Below, piece by piece: positions 10,288 through 20,568 of a DNA stretch of 63,001 nucleotides (position 1 is the first letter of the stretch; the number at the start of each line of letters is the position of its first letter). This DNA comes from Candidatus Roizmanbacteria bacterium (GTDB lineage: Bacteria; Patescibacteriota; Microgenomatia; UBA1406), in the NCBI GenBank assembly GCA_024654535.1, contig JANLHL010000045.1, positions 1 to 63,001 on the forward strand. The letters are read 5' to 3'. The translations under genes and the position numbers were made by a program. The notes under the pieces were generated by a model that made no database searches, was not told the origin of the DNA, and saw only the letters and a program-made list of their open reading frames with translations.

Positions 10288-11607
10288 CTAAAAGAAGAGC
10301 CTAATTTTATCTATTTTTGTGCGTACAAGATCGTTCTGTGACAAACCGTTCATTATTTTCTGTACCCCATGGAGAACGGTTGTGTGGTCTTTTCTACCTA
10401 GAAGGTGTGCAATTTCCTCATAAGTAAGAGGGGTCTGTGTTTTTAAAAAATACATACAGACGTGACGTGCGAACACTATGTCTTTTTTTCTCGTTTCAGA
10501 GCGAATTTCTTTTAGGGATATACCAAGCTCTTTTCCTACCTCTCGAAGGATATCTTTTGAGCTTGTTGTTTTGTTTTGTTGGACCCCCGACTGTGACAAA
10601 AGGCGCTCTATTTGATTACTACCAACATCTATTCCCGAGTTCTTAAGTGCCATAACCTTAAGTAAAAAACCCTCTATTTCTCTTAAGTCGTCTAGGGTTG
10701 AGCAAACAACCTTTGCCGTTTCGATGTCTATATCTATTTTTTTGAGGCGTGCCTTAATAAGAAGAATTGCTGTTTTTAGCTCAAAGTCTGGTCTCTGCAC
10801 ATCTATAACAAGCCCACTCAAGAAACGAGATATAAGACGTCTCTCTATGTTTTTAATTGACCTCGGCGGTTTGTCTGAAGTAAAAACAACCTGCCTCTTT
10901 TTTGTCGTTAGAGCATTAAACGTGTGGAAGAGTTCTTCCTGTATGAAGTCTCTCTGGGAAACAAACTGTATGTCGTCTATTAAGAGAGCGTCGAGGTTTC
11001 TCATCTTTTGGCGGAAAAGAGAGGTTGACTTGTTTTTTATCGACTCTACCAGCAGGTTGGTAAAACCTTCAGCAGAGCAATATAAAACCTTTTTAGTGGT
11101 GTTTTCAACAATTTTTCTTCCTATAGAGTGGAGAAGGTGTGTTTTTCCGACACCGACACCACCCCAAATAAAAAGAGGGTTGTATACCAGGCCGGGCCCA
11201 TTGGCAACCGTAATCGATGCAGCGTGTGCGATCTGATTAGAAACAGACACCGCATAATTATCAAAAGAGAAAAGAGGGTTTAAACCCGACCTTTCTATTC
11301 TACCTTCTCCCTCTTTTTCTTTCTGGGGGAAGAGGGGTCCTATTTCTCCGTTTTCCTTCCCCGCCCCTTTTGAAACAACAGAAACGCTTTTAAAAGAGCT
11401 TCCCCCGTGTTTTTTTAGCTTCTCAACTATAAGGGTTTTATATTTTTTTTCTAATATAAAACGCACCCCATCATTCGGGCACTCTACAACCCAACCCCCC
11501 GGCTCTCTGAGGGAAAGCTTTGTGTTTTTAAAAAAAGAACTGTAGGTGACGAGTGAGGTTTCTAGGGCAATCTCGTCTAGTATGTTTTTCCACGACACTG
11601 TTTCCAT
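10288..11607 (-). CDS. dnaA: chromosomal replication initiator DnaA
   Basis: Walker A GGVGVGKTHLL, Walker B LLIDDIQF, and the C-terminal DNA-binding signature HTTVLHGVQKI. Confidence 0.97.
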   Translation of the reverse strand: METVSWKNILDEIALETSLVTYSSFFKNTKLSLREPGGWVVECPNDGVRFILEKKYKTLIVEKLKKHGGSSFKSVSVVSKGAGKENGEIGPLFPQKEKEGEGRIERSGLNPLFSFDNYAVSVSNQIAHAASITVANGPGLVYNPLFIWGGVGVGKTHLLHSIGRKIVENTTKKVLYCSAEGFTNLLVESIKNKSTSLFRQKMRNLDALLIDDIQFVSQRDFIQEELFHTFNALTTKKRQVVFTSDKPPRSIKNIERRLISRFLSGLVIDVQRPDFELKTAILLIKARLKKIDIDIETAKVVCSTLDDLREIEGFLLKVMALKNSGIDVGSNQIERLLSQSGVQQNKTTSSKDILREVGKELGISLKEIRSETRKKDIVFARHVCMYFLKTQTPLTYEEIAHLLGRKDHTTVLHGVQKIMNGLSQNDLVRTKIDKIRLFF

Positions 11608-11649
11608 TATGTGTTGTTGTAATAAACCAGATTAATAATCACAAGCTTT

Positions 11650-11672
11650 CTTGTGGAGAACTTTTCCACAAG
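11650..11672. promoter_or_regulatory. inverted pair of DnaA-box-like 9-mers (candidate oriC / dnaA autoregulation site)
   Basis: CTTGTGGAGAACTTTTCCACAAG contains TGTGGAGAA (rc TTCTCCACA) and TTTTCCACA, each one mismatch from TTATCCACA. Lies just upstream of dnaA and is followed by AT-rich sequence. Confidence 0.45.
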
Positions 11673-11806
11673 AATAATATCTTTCTTCTTCTTTGTCAAC
11701 AACATTTGTTATGTTTATATACAACGGGAAACATTTGGTATACAATGTACGAGTGAAAACAAAAAAAACAAAAAATCTAAGCGCTCAGGTCGAAGAAATA
11801 CTTAAG

Positions 11807-12145
11807 ATGTCAGCCCCCACAGACGTTATTATGAACGATATAAAAATGAGTAGGGTTGACATAAAAAACACCTACGGAAACATAGATCTTATAAAGTCTT
11901 TTTCCCTTGATTTGGCGTCGAGGATATGGAAAACACAAAAACTAGAGAAGTTGCTGCAGGAAAAAACAAAAGAACTTACAAAGATGGGGTTAAAGAGACA
12001 AACCGTCCTAAAAAAGAAGAGGCAGTTTCTACGACAAGTAGGGGCGGGTGTCTTTGGCTCGTCGCCAATAGAAAAAGACTCTCTTCTGACAAACGACACC
12101 CTAGAGATCGAGGTATCTAAAAAGAAGAAGTTGTTGATTAATTAA
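11807..12145 (+). CDS. hypothetical Lys-rich protein
   Basis: Only an ORF (internal ATG of 11693..12145) filling the dnaA-secD gap. No recognisable domain. Confidence 0.3.
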   Translation: MSAPTDVIMNDIKMSRVDIKNTYGNIDLIKSFSLDLASRIWKTQKLEKLLQEKTKELTKMGLKRQTVLKKKRQFLRQVGAGVFGSSPIEKDSLLTNDTLEIEVSKKKKLLIN

Positions 12146-12155
12146 GGCAAGGAGA

Positions 12156-13499
12156 ATGAAAAAAAACACCCTTTCCATAATTGCCGCCTTTTCTTTGTTT
12201 TTTCTTTGGTTCTCCCTTCCCCCAACAACAGCCATGGTCCCCTTTTTGAACAGGACCCTTGTTTTAAAACCAAAAACCATTCGCGTCCCCCTTTTAAACA
12301 AGCAGATAAATACCACCCGCACAATGAGGTTGGGGCTGGATCTGCAAGGTGGGAGCCGGCTGGTTTTTTTACTAGACACCTCAAAAATTAATAAAGAAAA
12401 CGTACCCGCAGCGGTATCAGCAGCACGCGATATTATAGAGAGAAGGATAAATTTTTTTGGAGTTAGTGAACCCCAGCTATCTTTATTAAGAGATGGAAAT
12501 AGCTATAGGGTTGCTGTAGAGCTACCCGGCGTGAAAGACCCTGCTCAGACAGCAAAAACAATAGGACAAACGGCGCAGTTGGGGTTTGCGACGTATAAGG
12601 AAGAGGTGGTAAAACAAGGCACCCAGAGCGCTACGGTCCCATCGTTTATCCCCACAAAACTAACCGGCGCATACCTGAAGAAAGCAACGCTGGTTTTTGA
12701 TCAGAAATCTGGTTCTCCCCAAGTGGGGATACAATTTAACAGAGAAGGGGCGCGTCTTTTTGGGGAAATTACAAAAAACAACAAAAAGAAACCCTTGGCA
12801 ATCTTTTTAGACAACCAATTATTAACAGCCCCTATAGTACAGGACGAAATTAAAGATGGAAACGCTGTTATTTCTGGTAGTTTTAAGGTTGAAGAGGCAA
12901 AAACCCTCGTTAACCAACTCAATGCAGGGGCCCTGCCGCTTCCTGTTCGACTCCTTGAACAAAAAACAATAGAGCCAACCTTGGGAAAAGAAAATGTACA
13001 AAAGAGTCTTGTGGCTGGGGTGGTCGGCCTGTTGTCGGTGATTGTCTTTATGTTGGTTGTTTATGGAAAGAATGGGGTTTTGGCAACCATCTCTTTAGTT
13101 TTATATGCGCTATATAGTGTTTTTGTTTTTCAGGTTTCGGGGATTGTATTAACCCTCTCTGGAGTAGCGGGATTTCTACTTTCTATTGGTATGGCGGTTG
13201 ATTCAAACATACTTATTTATGAGCGTATTAAAGAAGAAAAAATTGGAAATAAAGACGTAGCTATGGCTACCAGGTTGGGTTTTAATAATGCGCTTAAGGC
13301 AATAAAACAAGCAAACACAAACACTCTGCTTATTGCTGCAATTCTATTTAATCCGTTCAACTTTTCGTTTTTACCAATATCTGGTGCTGTTCGGGGCTTT
13401 TCATTAACGCTTGCCATCGGAGTGATATTAAGTTTGTTAACGGGGGTTTTTGTTGTAAAAAATATATTATGGTACGTTTATAAAATAGACAAAAAATAA
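12156..13499 (+). CDS. secD: protein translocase subunit SecD
   Basis: LGLDLQGGSRLVF motif, periplasmic domain, and a C-terminal 6-TM block. Confidence 0.93.
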   Translation: MKKNTLSIIAAFSLFFLWFSLPPTTAMVPFLNRTLVLKPKTIRVPLLNKQINTTRTMRLGLDLQGGSRLVFLLDTSKINKENVPAAVSAARDIIERRINFFGVSEPQLSLLRDGNSYRVAVELPGVKDPAQTAKTIGQTAQLGFATYKEEVVKQGTQSATVPSFIPTKLTGAYLKKATLVFDQKSGSPQVGIQFNREGARLFGEITKNNKKKPLAIFLDNQLLTAPIVQDEIKDGNAVISGSFKVEEAKTLVNQLNAGALPLPVRLLEQKTIEPTLGKENVQKSLVAGVVGLLSVIVFMLVVYGKNGVLATISLVLYALYSVFVFQVSGIVLTLSGVAGFLLSIGMAVDSNILIYERIKEEKIGNKDVAMATRLGFNNALKAIKQANTNTLLIAAILFNPFNFSFLPISGAVRGFSLTLAIGVILSLLTGVFVVKNILWYVYKIDKK

Positions 13500-14350
13500 T
13501 GATTCAATTCCTAAAGAACACAAAAATAACCCTTACCATTTCAGGTCTATTAATAGTTGTTGGGCTTATGAGCATTTTTATTTATGGGTTTAACTATTCA
13601 ATAGATTTTGTCGGGGGGGCAGCCGCAGAGTTTGTGATGGGACCAAAAAACGAACAGAAAGTAAGGGACCACGTGAACAAACAGTACCCTTCGGCCACCA
13701 TTCAGAAAAGCGGTGATAGTTTGTTAATTAAGGAAAAGAACTTAACGAAAGAAGGTGCACAAAAAATAGCAAACCAAACTCAAGGCGTTCGTCTAGGTTC
13801 TTTTGAAACAATAAGCCCTTCGGTAAGTACAGAAAACATATCAAAAACAATTACGGCGTTTGCTGTTGCCGCGGTAGGCATATTGTTATACGTGGCCTAT
13901 TCCTTTAGTGGTTTTCGTTATGCGTTAGCTGCCGTCATAGCGATGTTTCATGACACCGTACTGCTTATGGGGGCATGGTCATTGTTCGGTAGGTTTTTTG
14001 GCGCTCAGTTTGACATCCTTTTTGTGACGGCACTTCTTATCATTATGTCGTTTTCTGTACACGACACCATAATTATATTCGATAAATTAAAAGAAGAAGA
14101 AAGCGCAGGTCGTTATGGCAGTTTGGAAGAAAAAATAAACGCCGCCCTAACCCTTACCATCGTGAGATCAACAAATACCTCCATAACAACAATCCTTGTC
14201 TTAGCCTCGCTGGTTATACTAGGAGGAAGCGCAACTCGTTGGTTTTCAATATCACTGCTTATTGGTATGCTTTTTGGAACTTACTCATCTCCTTTTATTG
14301 CTGCACCAATGTATTATTTTTTGACCCGTTTTTTCAAAAAGAGAACATAA
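13499..14350 (+). CDS. secF: protein translocase subunit SecF
   Basis: GFNYSIDFVGG motif and a 6-TM block. Start overlaps the secD stop. Confidence 0.93.
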   Translation: MIQFLKNTKITLTISGLLIVVGLMSIFIYGFNYSIDFVGGAAAEFVMGPKNEQKVRDHVNKQYPSATIQKSGDSLLIKEKNLTKEGAQKIANQTQGVRLGSFETISPSVSTENISKTITAFAVAAVGILLYVAYSFSGFRYALAAVIAMFHDTVLLMGAWSLFGRFFGAQFDILFVTALLIIMSFSVHDTIIIFDKLKEEESAGRYGSLEEKINAALTLTIVRSTNTSITTILVLASLVILGGSATRWFSISLLIGMLFGTYSSPFIAAPMYYFLTRFFKKRT

Positions 14351-14369
14351 AAGGTATACTGTATACATA

Positions 14370-16112
14370 ATGCGCCGCACCTGTTTTTTTCTTTTACTTT
14401 TTATCTCTTTACTAATTACACCTCGGGTTTTTGCAAGCGAACTAGATGACATAAACAACCAGATAAACGAGATACGAACACTACTCGAAGGGTCTAAGAG
14501 CGCAACAAAACCACTGGAAGAGACGTTGAGCAAAGTAGAAGCAGATTTCAAAGCGGTGGAAAACAATATAAGCTCTATGGAAACCGATATTGGAATAAAG
14601 CAAAGAGAAATTTCCGATGGAGAAAAAAAACTTGGAGAAGAAAAGGGTGTGTTTGATATTCGGGTGAGGTCTTACTATAAAAACAGTAGACACTTCTTAG
14701 GAAATTCTATTGGTTACTTTGTGAGCAACAACGTTACGGAGGCGGTAAGAAAATATTTTTATCAGCAGCGAATAGTACAAAAAGACCGTGACGCCATACT
14801 AAAAACCGCCTTTTTTATTACAAAGCTTGAGGAGAAAAAGAATACACTCCAACAAGAGCAGTCTAAGTTGTCCGAAGCAAAAAAACAACTTGATGAGCAA
14901 AAAAAATTCTACGAGTCAGAGGTAGGAAAGGCAAAAAACTATCAAAGCGGACTAGAAAAACAAATAAGCGAGCTTGTTGCCCAACAGCAGACACTAATAG
15001 CGCAGCGCTTATCCGCGCTCAGCCTACCACAGTCGGCTTATACGAGCTCGAACGGATGCTCTTCCGATCTAACAAATGGACGAAGCCCAGGATTCTCTCC
15101 GTCGTTTGGTTTTTTTACATTTGGAGTTCCTCACAGGGTAGGAATGAGCCAGTATGGTGCAAAGGGACGCGCAGAGGCAGGACAGAGCGCAGAGCAGATA
15201 CTTAAGTTTTATTATAATGCAGACTACACAACAGGGTATGACACAGGGATCAATATTCACGTTGTTGGCAGTAATGAATATGGAGAGTCGTTTGATAACA
15301 ACTGGAATATAGAGGAATATTTGCAACACGTTTACGAAATGCCCTCGGCATGGCCACAGGAATCTCTAAAAGCTCAGGTTATTGCTGCTCGATCTTATGT
15401 CTTATCTTATACGGGTAATGGATCGAGTGAAATTTGTCCTAATCAGCATTGTCAGGTAGTAAAGCAGACAGCACACAACAATCCCTGTGATGGTTGGTGT
15501 CAGGCGGTTAGGGACACGGCCGGCATAGTTATGACGTCGGGAGGGTCCCCCATCTCGGCTTATTTTTCCTCAACTGCCGGTGGGTATATCTACTCGTCGA
15601 GTAGTAGTATTTCTTCTCGGGCGTGGACAAAAAACGCGCAAGACGGGAACGGATCATACGGTAGTTTTGACAACGTGCGCAATAACGCATACGACAAAGA
15701 GTCTCCTTGGTTTTATTGTGATTGGGGATCTCGCCCTAGCTATGGTGGGACCGCATGGATGAAGAGCGAGGAGGTGGCTGATATTGTAAATGTTCTTTTG
15801 TTGACACAAAAAGATCAGTCAACAATTGCAAACGTATATCAAGTAGACGCACCGAACCCCGCCGGCAAGGATACGTGGGATACGAACAGAGTGAAAGATG
15901 AGTTGAAAAACAGAGGAGGTAGTCCGTTTAGTTCTGTAAGCTCAGTTGGTATTAATGCGGACTTTGGTGGTGGCGTTACGACATCGGTAGTAATAAATGG
16001 AGATGCAGGAACCCAGACATTCAGTGGAGATGTTTTTAAGACGTATTTTAACCAACGAGCCCCCGCAAACATTCAAATAGTTGGCCCATTATTCAACGTA
16101 GAGAGAAGATAG
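14370..16112 (+). CDS. SpoIID/LytB domain protein with N-terminal coiled coil
   Basis: Signal peptide, a roughly 200-aa heptad-rich region, then SpoIID-type blocks (LKAQVIAARSY, AYFSSTAGG). Confidence 0.78.
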   Translation: MRRTCFFLLLFISLLITPRVFASELDDINNQINEIRTLLEGSKSATKPLEETLSKVEADFKAVENNISSMETDIGIKQREISDGEKKLGEEKGVFDIRVRSYYKNSRHFLGNSIGYFVSNNVTEAVRKYFYQQRIVQKDRDAILKTAFFITKLEEKKNTLQQEQSKLSEAKKQLDEQKKFYESEVGKAKNYQSGLEKQISELVAQQQTLIAQRLSALSLPQSAYTSSNGCSSDLTNGRSPGFSPSFGFFTFGVPHRVGMSQYGAKGRAEAGQSAEQILKFYYNADYTTGYDTGINIHVVGSNEYGESFDNNWNIEEYLQHVYEMPSAWPQESLKAQVIAARSYVLSYTGNGSSEICPNQHCQVVKQTAHNNPCDGWCQAVRDTAGIVMTSGGSPISAYFSSTAGGYIYSSSSSISSRAWTKNAQDGNGSYGSFDNVRNNAYDKESPWFYCDWGSRPSYGGTAWMKSEEVADIVNVLLLTQKDQSTIANVYQVDAPNPAGKDTWDTNRVKDELKNRGGSPFSSVSSVGINADFGGGVTTSVVINGDAGTQTFSGDVFKTYFNQRAPANIQIVGPLFNVERR

Positions 16113-16125
16113 TTGAATTAGATAT

Positions 16126-18399
16126 ATGGTACGAGAAAACTACAAAAGAAGGTATACGGAGCACGTCGTTGAAGAGAAGAAGATTGCGCTTTTGGTATAC
16201 GAAAAGGAGACAAAAGTAACCGAATATTTACAACAGCGACTGTCTGGTGTGTACGACGTATACAAACAAACAGACCCGACCTCAGGAATAAAAAAGGTAT
16301 TTGATTTAGTCATTTTCGTAAATTGTTTTCCCCAAACGCATACGGAAATTCAAAAACAAAAAAATACAGTATTTTTAACTTTTTTTAACACCCCTCTCTT
16401 TATTGAAAGACTTGCGTGGTGTAAAAAATACCTTTCGCGATACAAAATTGTAAATATTGGATTCTCTGGAAGAACGCCGCATGAGCTTATAGATTTTGTC
16501 TTGTTCAAAACGAGAGTTCCCTATTCGTTTGACTTCTCTTCCCCGTCGTACGTACCCTCCGCTATTTCTTCCAGTAAGCCATTTGTGGCGACAACATATT
16601 TTTTCTCTTTTTTGAAGTGGGTTTTTGGTCTTGTTGTTTTAATAAATGTTTTGTATGTGGTCTTGTTGGGTTCGCTGTTGTTTCTTATTTCAGACATATC
16701 TCAAAGTTCGTCAATCACACAAATGGAAAAAAAGATCCCCCTCACTAAGGCGGTATATGGTGGGGCGAAGGGGCTCTCTGTTTTTTCTAGAAACACGCTA
16801 TTTTGGCTTCCTTCAAATAGCCTGTCGACACTACTTGATGCGTCTGGATCAACACTATCTTTAATAGAGGGAGGGATGGAGTTTGTCGATAACTACACAG
16901 CGTTTACATCTTTGTTGTTACAAAAAACGAAAGGGCCTCAAGAAATGGCGCAAATACAACTAAGGCTTGACGCAATAGATAAGAATATAAAATCACTTCT
17001 GAAAGACACAAACACCATGCGAAACAGTTGGGTTCGTGTTCCTGCCTTTATGTTCGAAGAAAAGAAGAAGAACATACTGAATCAGTTAAACACCGCAAAC
17101 CAGTACCTAACTGTTTTTAGTGGAGTACAAAAAAATGTGTCAGAGTTTTTTGGAAGAGACGGAAAACGACGATACTTGGTGTTATTTATGAATAATATGG
17201 AGCTGCGTCCTGGGGGCGGGTTTATTGGTTCTGTGGGGGTTGTTGATTTTGATCACTATACACTGACCCAGCTTCGTATCTACGACGTTTACTCGTTGGA
17301 CGGGCAACTTAAAACACACATAGATCCACCGGAACCTATCCGAAAATACCTCTCTCAACCGCATTGGTTTTTGAGAGATTCTAATTTTTCTCCCGATTTT
17401 CCAACAAACGCCGTAGAGGCACTTTCGTTTGTTCAAAAAGAGGTTGGTTGGAGCTCTTTCGATGGGGTCGTGGGGGTGACGTTTTCAGCTGTTCAAGATA
17501 TGATAGGAGCATTCCCTGGGCTAACCGTTTCTGATTATAATGAGCGCATAACCTCAGATAATTTTTTTATAAAAGCAGAAGGGTATGCAGAATATAAATT
17601 TTTTTCAGGTTCGCATAGCAAGAAAAATTTTCTCGAGGCCGTTGCAAGCGTTATGCAACTAAGGATCGAGACTGGAGATTTTGACAAAATACTCTTAGCT
17701 AAGAAACTAAATAATTTGCTTGACGAAAAATTTATAGTGCTTCACTTTAAAAATCAGCAATTGCAAGATATGACCGAAAATAACTCATGGAGTGGAGCTG
17801 TTGCGCAGCAACAATGTAAAACCCAAGAAAAATGTTTTTTAGATTATATATATGTCGTTGACTCAAACCTTGGAGTAAACAAATCGAATTTCTATATGCA
17901 GCGAGCAATTCGCTTAGACGTTGATATAACAACTAAGGGAGAGGTGGAAAACAGTCTGACGATAGAATATAGAAACGAATCGAGTAGTAAAGCACAAGTT
18001 GGAGGCGAATACAAAAATTATTTACAGGTTATACTACCAAAAGATATACGTGTTACTGATGTTTCGATTGATGGTGCCTCGGTAGGAGAATATGAAGTAA
18101 ACACACAAGATTTAAAAACCGTAGGCCTGTGGGTAACTGTTGTACCCGGCGCAAGCCGTAGTGTAGTAATAGAATACAGCTTTGTTCGAAAGATAGACGC
18201 AAAAACAACATACCAACTGATCGTACAGAAACAAATAGGATCGATAAACAACGATTTTATTTTTGAGATGAGTTCGCCCCCCGCTATGGGGTTTGTAAAA
18301 ACAAATTTTCCCGCTGTTGTGCAAAGCGCCAAATTGGTGTATAATACATTTTTAGAAAAAGACCGATTATTATTAGTTTCCTTTTCTCCAGATGAGTAA
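16126..18399 (+). CDS. DUF4012 domain-containing membrane protein
   Basis: TM helix near aa 170. The block FMNNMELRPGGGFIGSVGVVDF is characteristic of DUF4012. Confidence 0.72.
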   Translation: MVRENYKRRYTEHVVEEKKIALLVYEKETKVTEYLQQRLSGVYDVYKQTDPTSGIKKVFDLVIFVNCFPQTHTEIQKQKNTVFLTFFNTPLFIERLAWCKKYLSRYKIVNIGFSGRTPHELIDFVLFKTRVPYSFDFSSPSYVPSAISSSKPFVATTYFFSFLKWVFGLVVLINVLYVVLLGSLLFLISDISQSSSITQMEKKIPLTKAVYGGAKGLSVFSRNTLFWLPSNSLSTLLDASGSTLSLIEGGMEFVDNYTAFTSLLLQKTKGPQEMAQIQLRLDAIDKNIKSLLKDTNTMRNSWVRVPAFMFEEKKKNILNQLNTANQYLTVFSGVQKNVSEFFGRDGKRRYLVLFMNNMELRPGGGFIGSVGVVDFDHYTLTQLRIYDVYSLDGQLKTHIDPPEPIRKYLSQPHWFLRDSNFSPDFPTNAVEALSFVQKEVGWSSFDGVVGVTFSAVQDMIGAFPGLTVSDYNERITSDNFFIKAEGYAEYKFFSGSHSKKNFLEAVASVMQLRIETGDFDKILLAKKLNNLLDEKFIVLHFKNQQLQDMTENNSWSGAVAQQQCKTQEKCFLDYIYVVDSNLGVNKSNFYMQRAIRLDVDITTKGEVENSLTIEYRNESSSKAQVGGEYKNYLQVILPKDIRVTDVSIDGASVGEYEVNTQDLKTVGLWVTVVPGASRSVVIEYSFVRKIDAKTTYQLIVQKQIGSINNDFIFEMSSPPAMGFVKTNFPAVVQSAKLVYNTFLEKDRLLLVSFSPDE

Positions 18400-19066
18400 C
18401 ATTCGATTAGTAGCACAAAAAAGAACCGTTAGCGGAAAGAAAGTAAAAAAACTTAGGCGAGAGGGGAAATTACCCGCAAACATATTTGGTAAAGATATAA
18501 AATCGCTTGCTATTCAAATTGAAGTGCCAGTGTTTAAAAAGGCATTCAAAATAGCACATACAACCCACGTAGTCTATGTTGATGTTGATAAAAAAGAGTT
18601 TCCGGTCCTTATCCAAACACCTCAATATCACCCCATTACAGGCACATTGTTACACGTCGATATGCGAAAAGTCGACTTAAAGCAGAAAGTAGAAACAGAG
18701 GTTCCTGTTCAGATAGTTGGAGAACTTTCCGTTGTTAAGTCGGGTGAAGCAGACGCTGTTCGTGTTTCAGATACTGTACTTATAGAATGTTTGCCAACCG
18801 ACATACCAGAGGAGTTTACAGTAGACATTTCAAAGCTAGTTGGAATTGGCGCAGAGGTGAAGGTTGGAGATTTGCCAAAGAGTGACAAGTATGTTTTTCT
18901 TGATCCAGTCGATAAAATACTCATACAAATAGCAGAGGCGAAGAAAGAAGAAGAGGTGGTTGCCCCAATCGAAGAGCCCGCAGCTGAAGCTCAAGAAGGC
19001 CAAGAAGAGGTTAAAGATCAGGCGAAGGATGAAAAAGAATCCAAAGAAGAACAGCCTAAAAAGTAA
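18392..19066 (+). CDS. rplY: 50S ribosomal protein L25 / general stress protein Ctc
   Basis: N-terminal RTVSGKKVKKLRREGKLPANIFG and a long Ctc-type beta domain plus an acidic/Lys tail. Confidence 0.9.
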   Translation: MSNIRLVAQKRTVSGKKVKKLRREGKLPANIFGKDIKSLAIQIEVPVFKKAFKIAHTTHVVYVDVDKKEFPVLIQTPQYHPITGTLLHVDMRKVDLKQKVETEVPVQIVGELSVVKSGEADAVRVSDTVLIECLPTDIPEEFTVDISKLVGIGAEVKVGDLPKSDKYVFLDPVDKILIQIAEAKKEEEVVAPIEEPAAEAQEGQEEVKDQAKDEKESKEEQPKK

Positions 19067-19964
19067 TATAGTTGAGAGTATTTCTCGGCTTAAACTTGTA
19101 AAAAAAGGTGTTCGCAAAGGCCAGAATGGAAAGTTCTTAATAATTGGCGGTTCAAATCTTTTTCATAGTCCTCCGCTTTGGGCTGCACAACTCGCCTCTC
19201 ACTTCGTCGATTTGGTATTTGTTTATTCACCCGCATTTATAAATAGAGAAATAATTTTACAATCAAAAACTTCTTTTAGAAACGGGATTGTTATAGAATC
19301 GAATGAACTTGAAGATTATGTTCGCGAAGCAGACGTTATACTATTAGGTCCGGGAATGAAAAGGAGAGGAAAAAGGGTAAAAAAGAGTGTGGCTGTAAAT
19401 AGCGCAGCAGAAGCGTTATCCTTACTTGACGAAGGGCAACTTACCCAAACCCTTACACATTATTTGTTAACCAAATATCCAAATAAAAAATGGGTACTCG
19501 ATGCTGGAGCACTCCAAGAAATTGAACTTTTAGACATGCAATCAAATATGATTGCTACCCCTCACGAGGGTGAATTCTCTCGCCTGTTTCCACAAAACAA
19601 GAAAGATAAGAGAATACAGCCAATTCTTGAAGAATACGTTTCTGTTGTAGGCAAGCACCCCTCTACGTGGCTTATTAAGCACAGGGGGAAAGATTATGTG
19701 GTGGGAAAGGGCAAGGTACCAGTTGTGGTGGAAAACGGAAACGAGGGGTTGACTAAGGGTGGTACAGGCGATGTTCTATCCACGTTGGTAGGGATACTGC
19801 ACATACATAACGATGCTCGGACTTCCTGTGCTTGTGCATCCTATATTTTAAAAGAAACCGCAGATGTTCTTTACAAAGAAAAAGGCCCTTTTTACACTAC
19901 GAGCGAATTGGTGGAAAAAATACCCTCAGTGATTTGGGGTTATATGTCAAAATCCCAACGTTAA
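19029..19964 (+). CDS. NAD(P)H-hydrate dehydratase-like carbohydrate kinase (YjeF C-terminal family)
   Basis: KFLIIGGS... and GGTGDVLSTLVG motifs. The start is uncertain: the first in-frame ATG overlaps the rplY 3' end. Confidence 0.62.
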   Translation: MKKNPKKNSLKSNIVESISRLKLVKKGVRKGQNGKFLIIGGSNLFHSPPLWAAQLASHFVDLVFVYSPAFINREIILQSKTSFRNGIVIESNELEDYVREADVILLGPGMKRRGKRVKKSVAVNSAAEALSLLDEGQLTQTLTHYLLTKYPNKKWVLDAGALQEIELLDMQSNMIATPHEGEFSRLFPQNKKDKRIQPILEEYVSVVGKHPSTWLIKHRGKDYVVGKGKVPVVVENGNEGLTKGGTGDVLSTLVGILHIHNDARTSCACASYILKETADVLYKEKGPFYTTSELVEKIPSVIWGYMSKSQR

Positions 19965-20525
19965 GTTGTGAGTACTGTTCTGGCTAACATCTATCTTCCT
20001 TTTCCAATCAACCGACAACATTTTTTTTCGTGGAATATCTGGGTAGTACACATACCCGTTAGTGACGCCATAATCAAGTAATTCCTTTGTTAATATAACG
20101 TCATCCTTACAGTACGCGCTTAATTCTTCAATTTTTCCTTGACGGTATAACTCGATGGCGTGTAGTCCGTGTCCACTCTTACCTTTTCCGAGCGTTGCTT
20201 GGACAAGGTCATCTAACGGAAGTCTTTTGCCAAGTAGGTTTTTTATGTCGTCAAGTAGATCGAAATGGGGTAATTCTAAAATATTTCCGACGTAGTATTC
20301 ATTCAATACGACCAAGTCGAAGTGGTGTATGTTGTATCCAATAATAAGAGAGGAGTGCTCGAGAAGTTGGAACAATTCCGAAAGCTCAGATTCTAAATAT
20401 GTAGATATTATCTTCGTTGCATAGTCGTATGCAGCGACAACCGATACTTTAAGTTTCTTATAATCGTTATTTACCTCCCTAAACGAATACTTTGTTTCGA
20501 TATCGATAACAACTGGTTGCAGCAT
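19947..20525 (-). CDS. DnaQ-like (DEDD) 3'-5' exonuclease, RNase H-fold
   Basis: VVIDIET (Exo I), IIGYNIHHFDLVVL (Exo II), HGLHAIE...CKDDV (Exo III). Start placed at internal Met MLQPVV. Confidence 0.65.
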   Translation of the reverse strand: MLQPVVIDIETKYSFREVNNDYKKLKVSVVAAYDYATKIISTYLESELSELFQLLEHSSLIIGYNIHHFDLVVLNEYYVGNILELPHFDLLDDIKNLLGKRLPLDDLVQATLGKGKSGHGLHAIELYRQGKIEELSAYCKDDVILTKELLDYGVTNGYVYYPDIPRKKMLSVDWKRKIDVSQNSTHNLTLGF

Positions 20526-20568
20526 AATGAGGTACTTTACCACATAGTAAGAAAAAGAAAAACTTGTA

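Noticed and set aside
12101-12391. Cluster of short ORFs on both strands at the secD 5' end.
   Set aside because: They overlap the SecD signal/TM coding region, and SecD is strongly supported.
18960-19028. Lys-rich N-terminal extension of the YjeF-C-like ORF.
   Set aside because: It is an alternative-frame reading of the L25 acidic/Lys tail coding region. The true start is uncertain but downstream.
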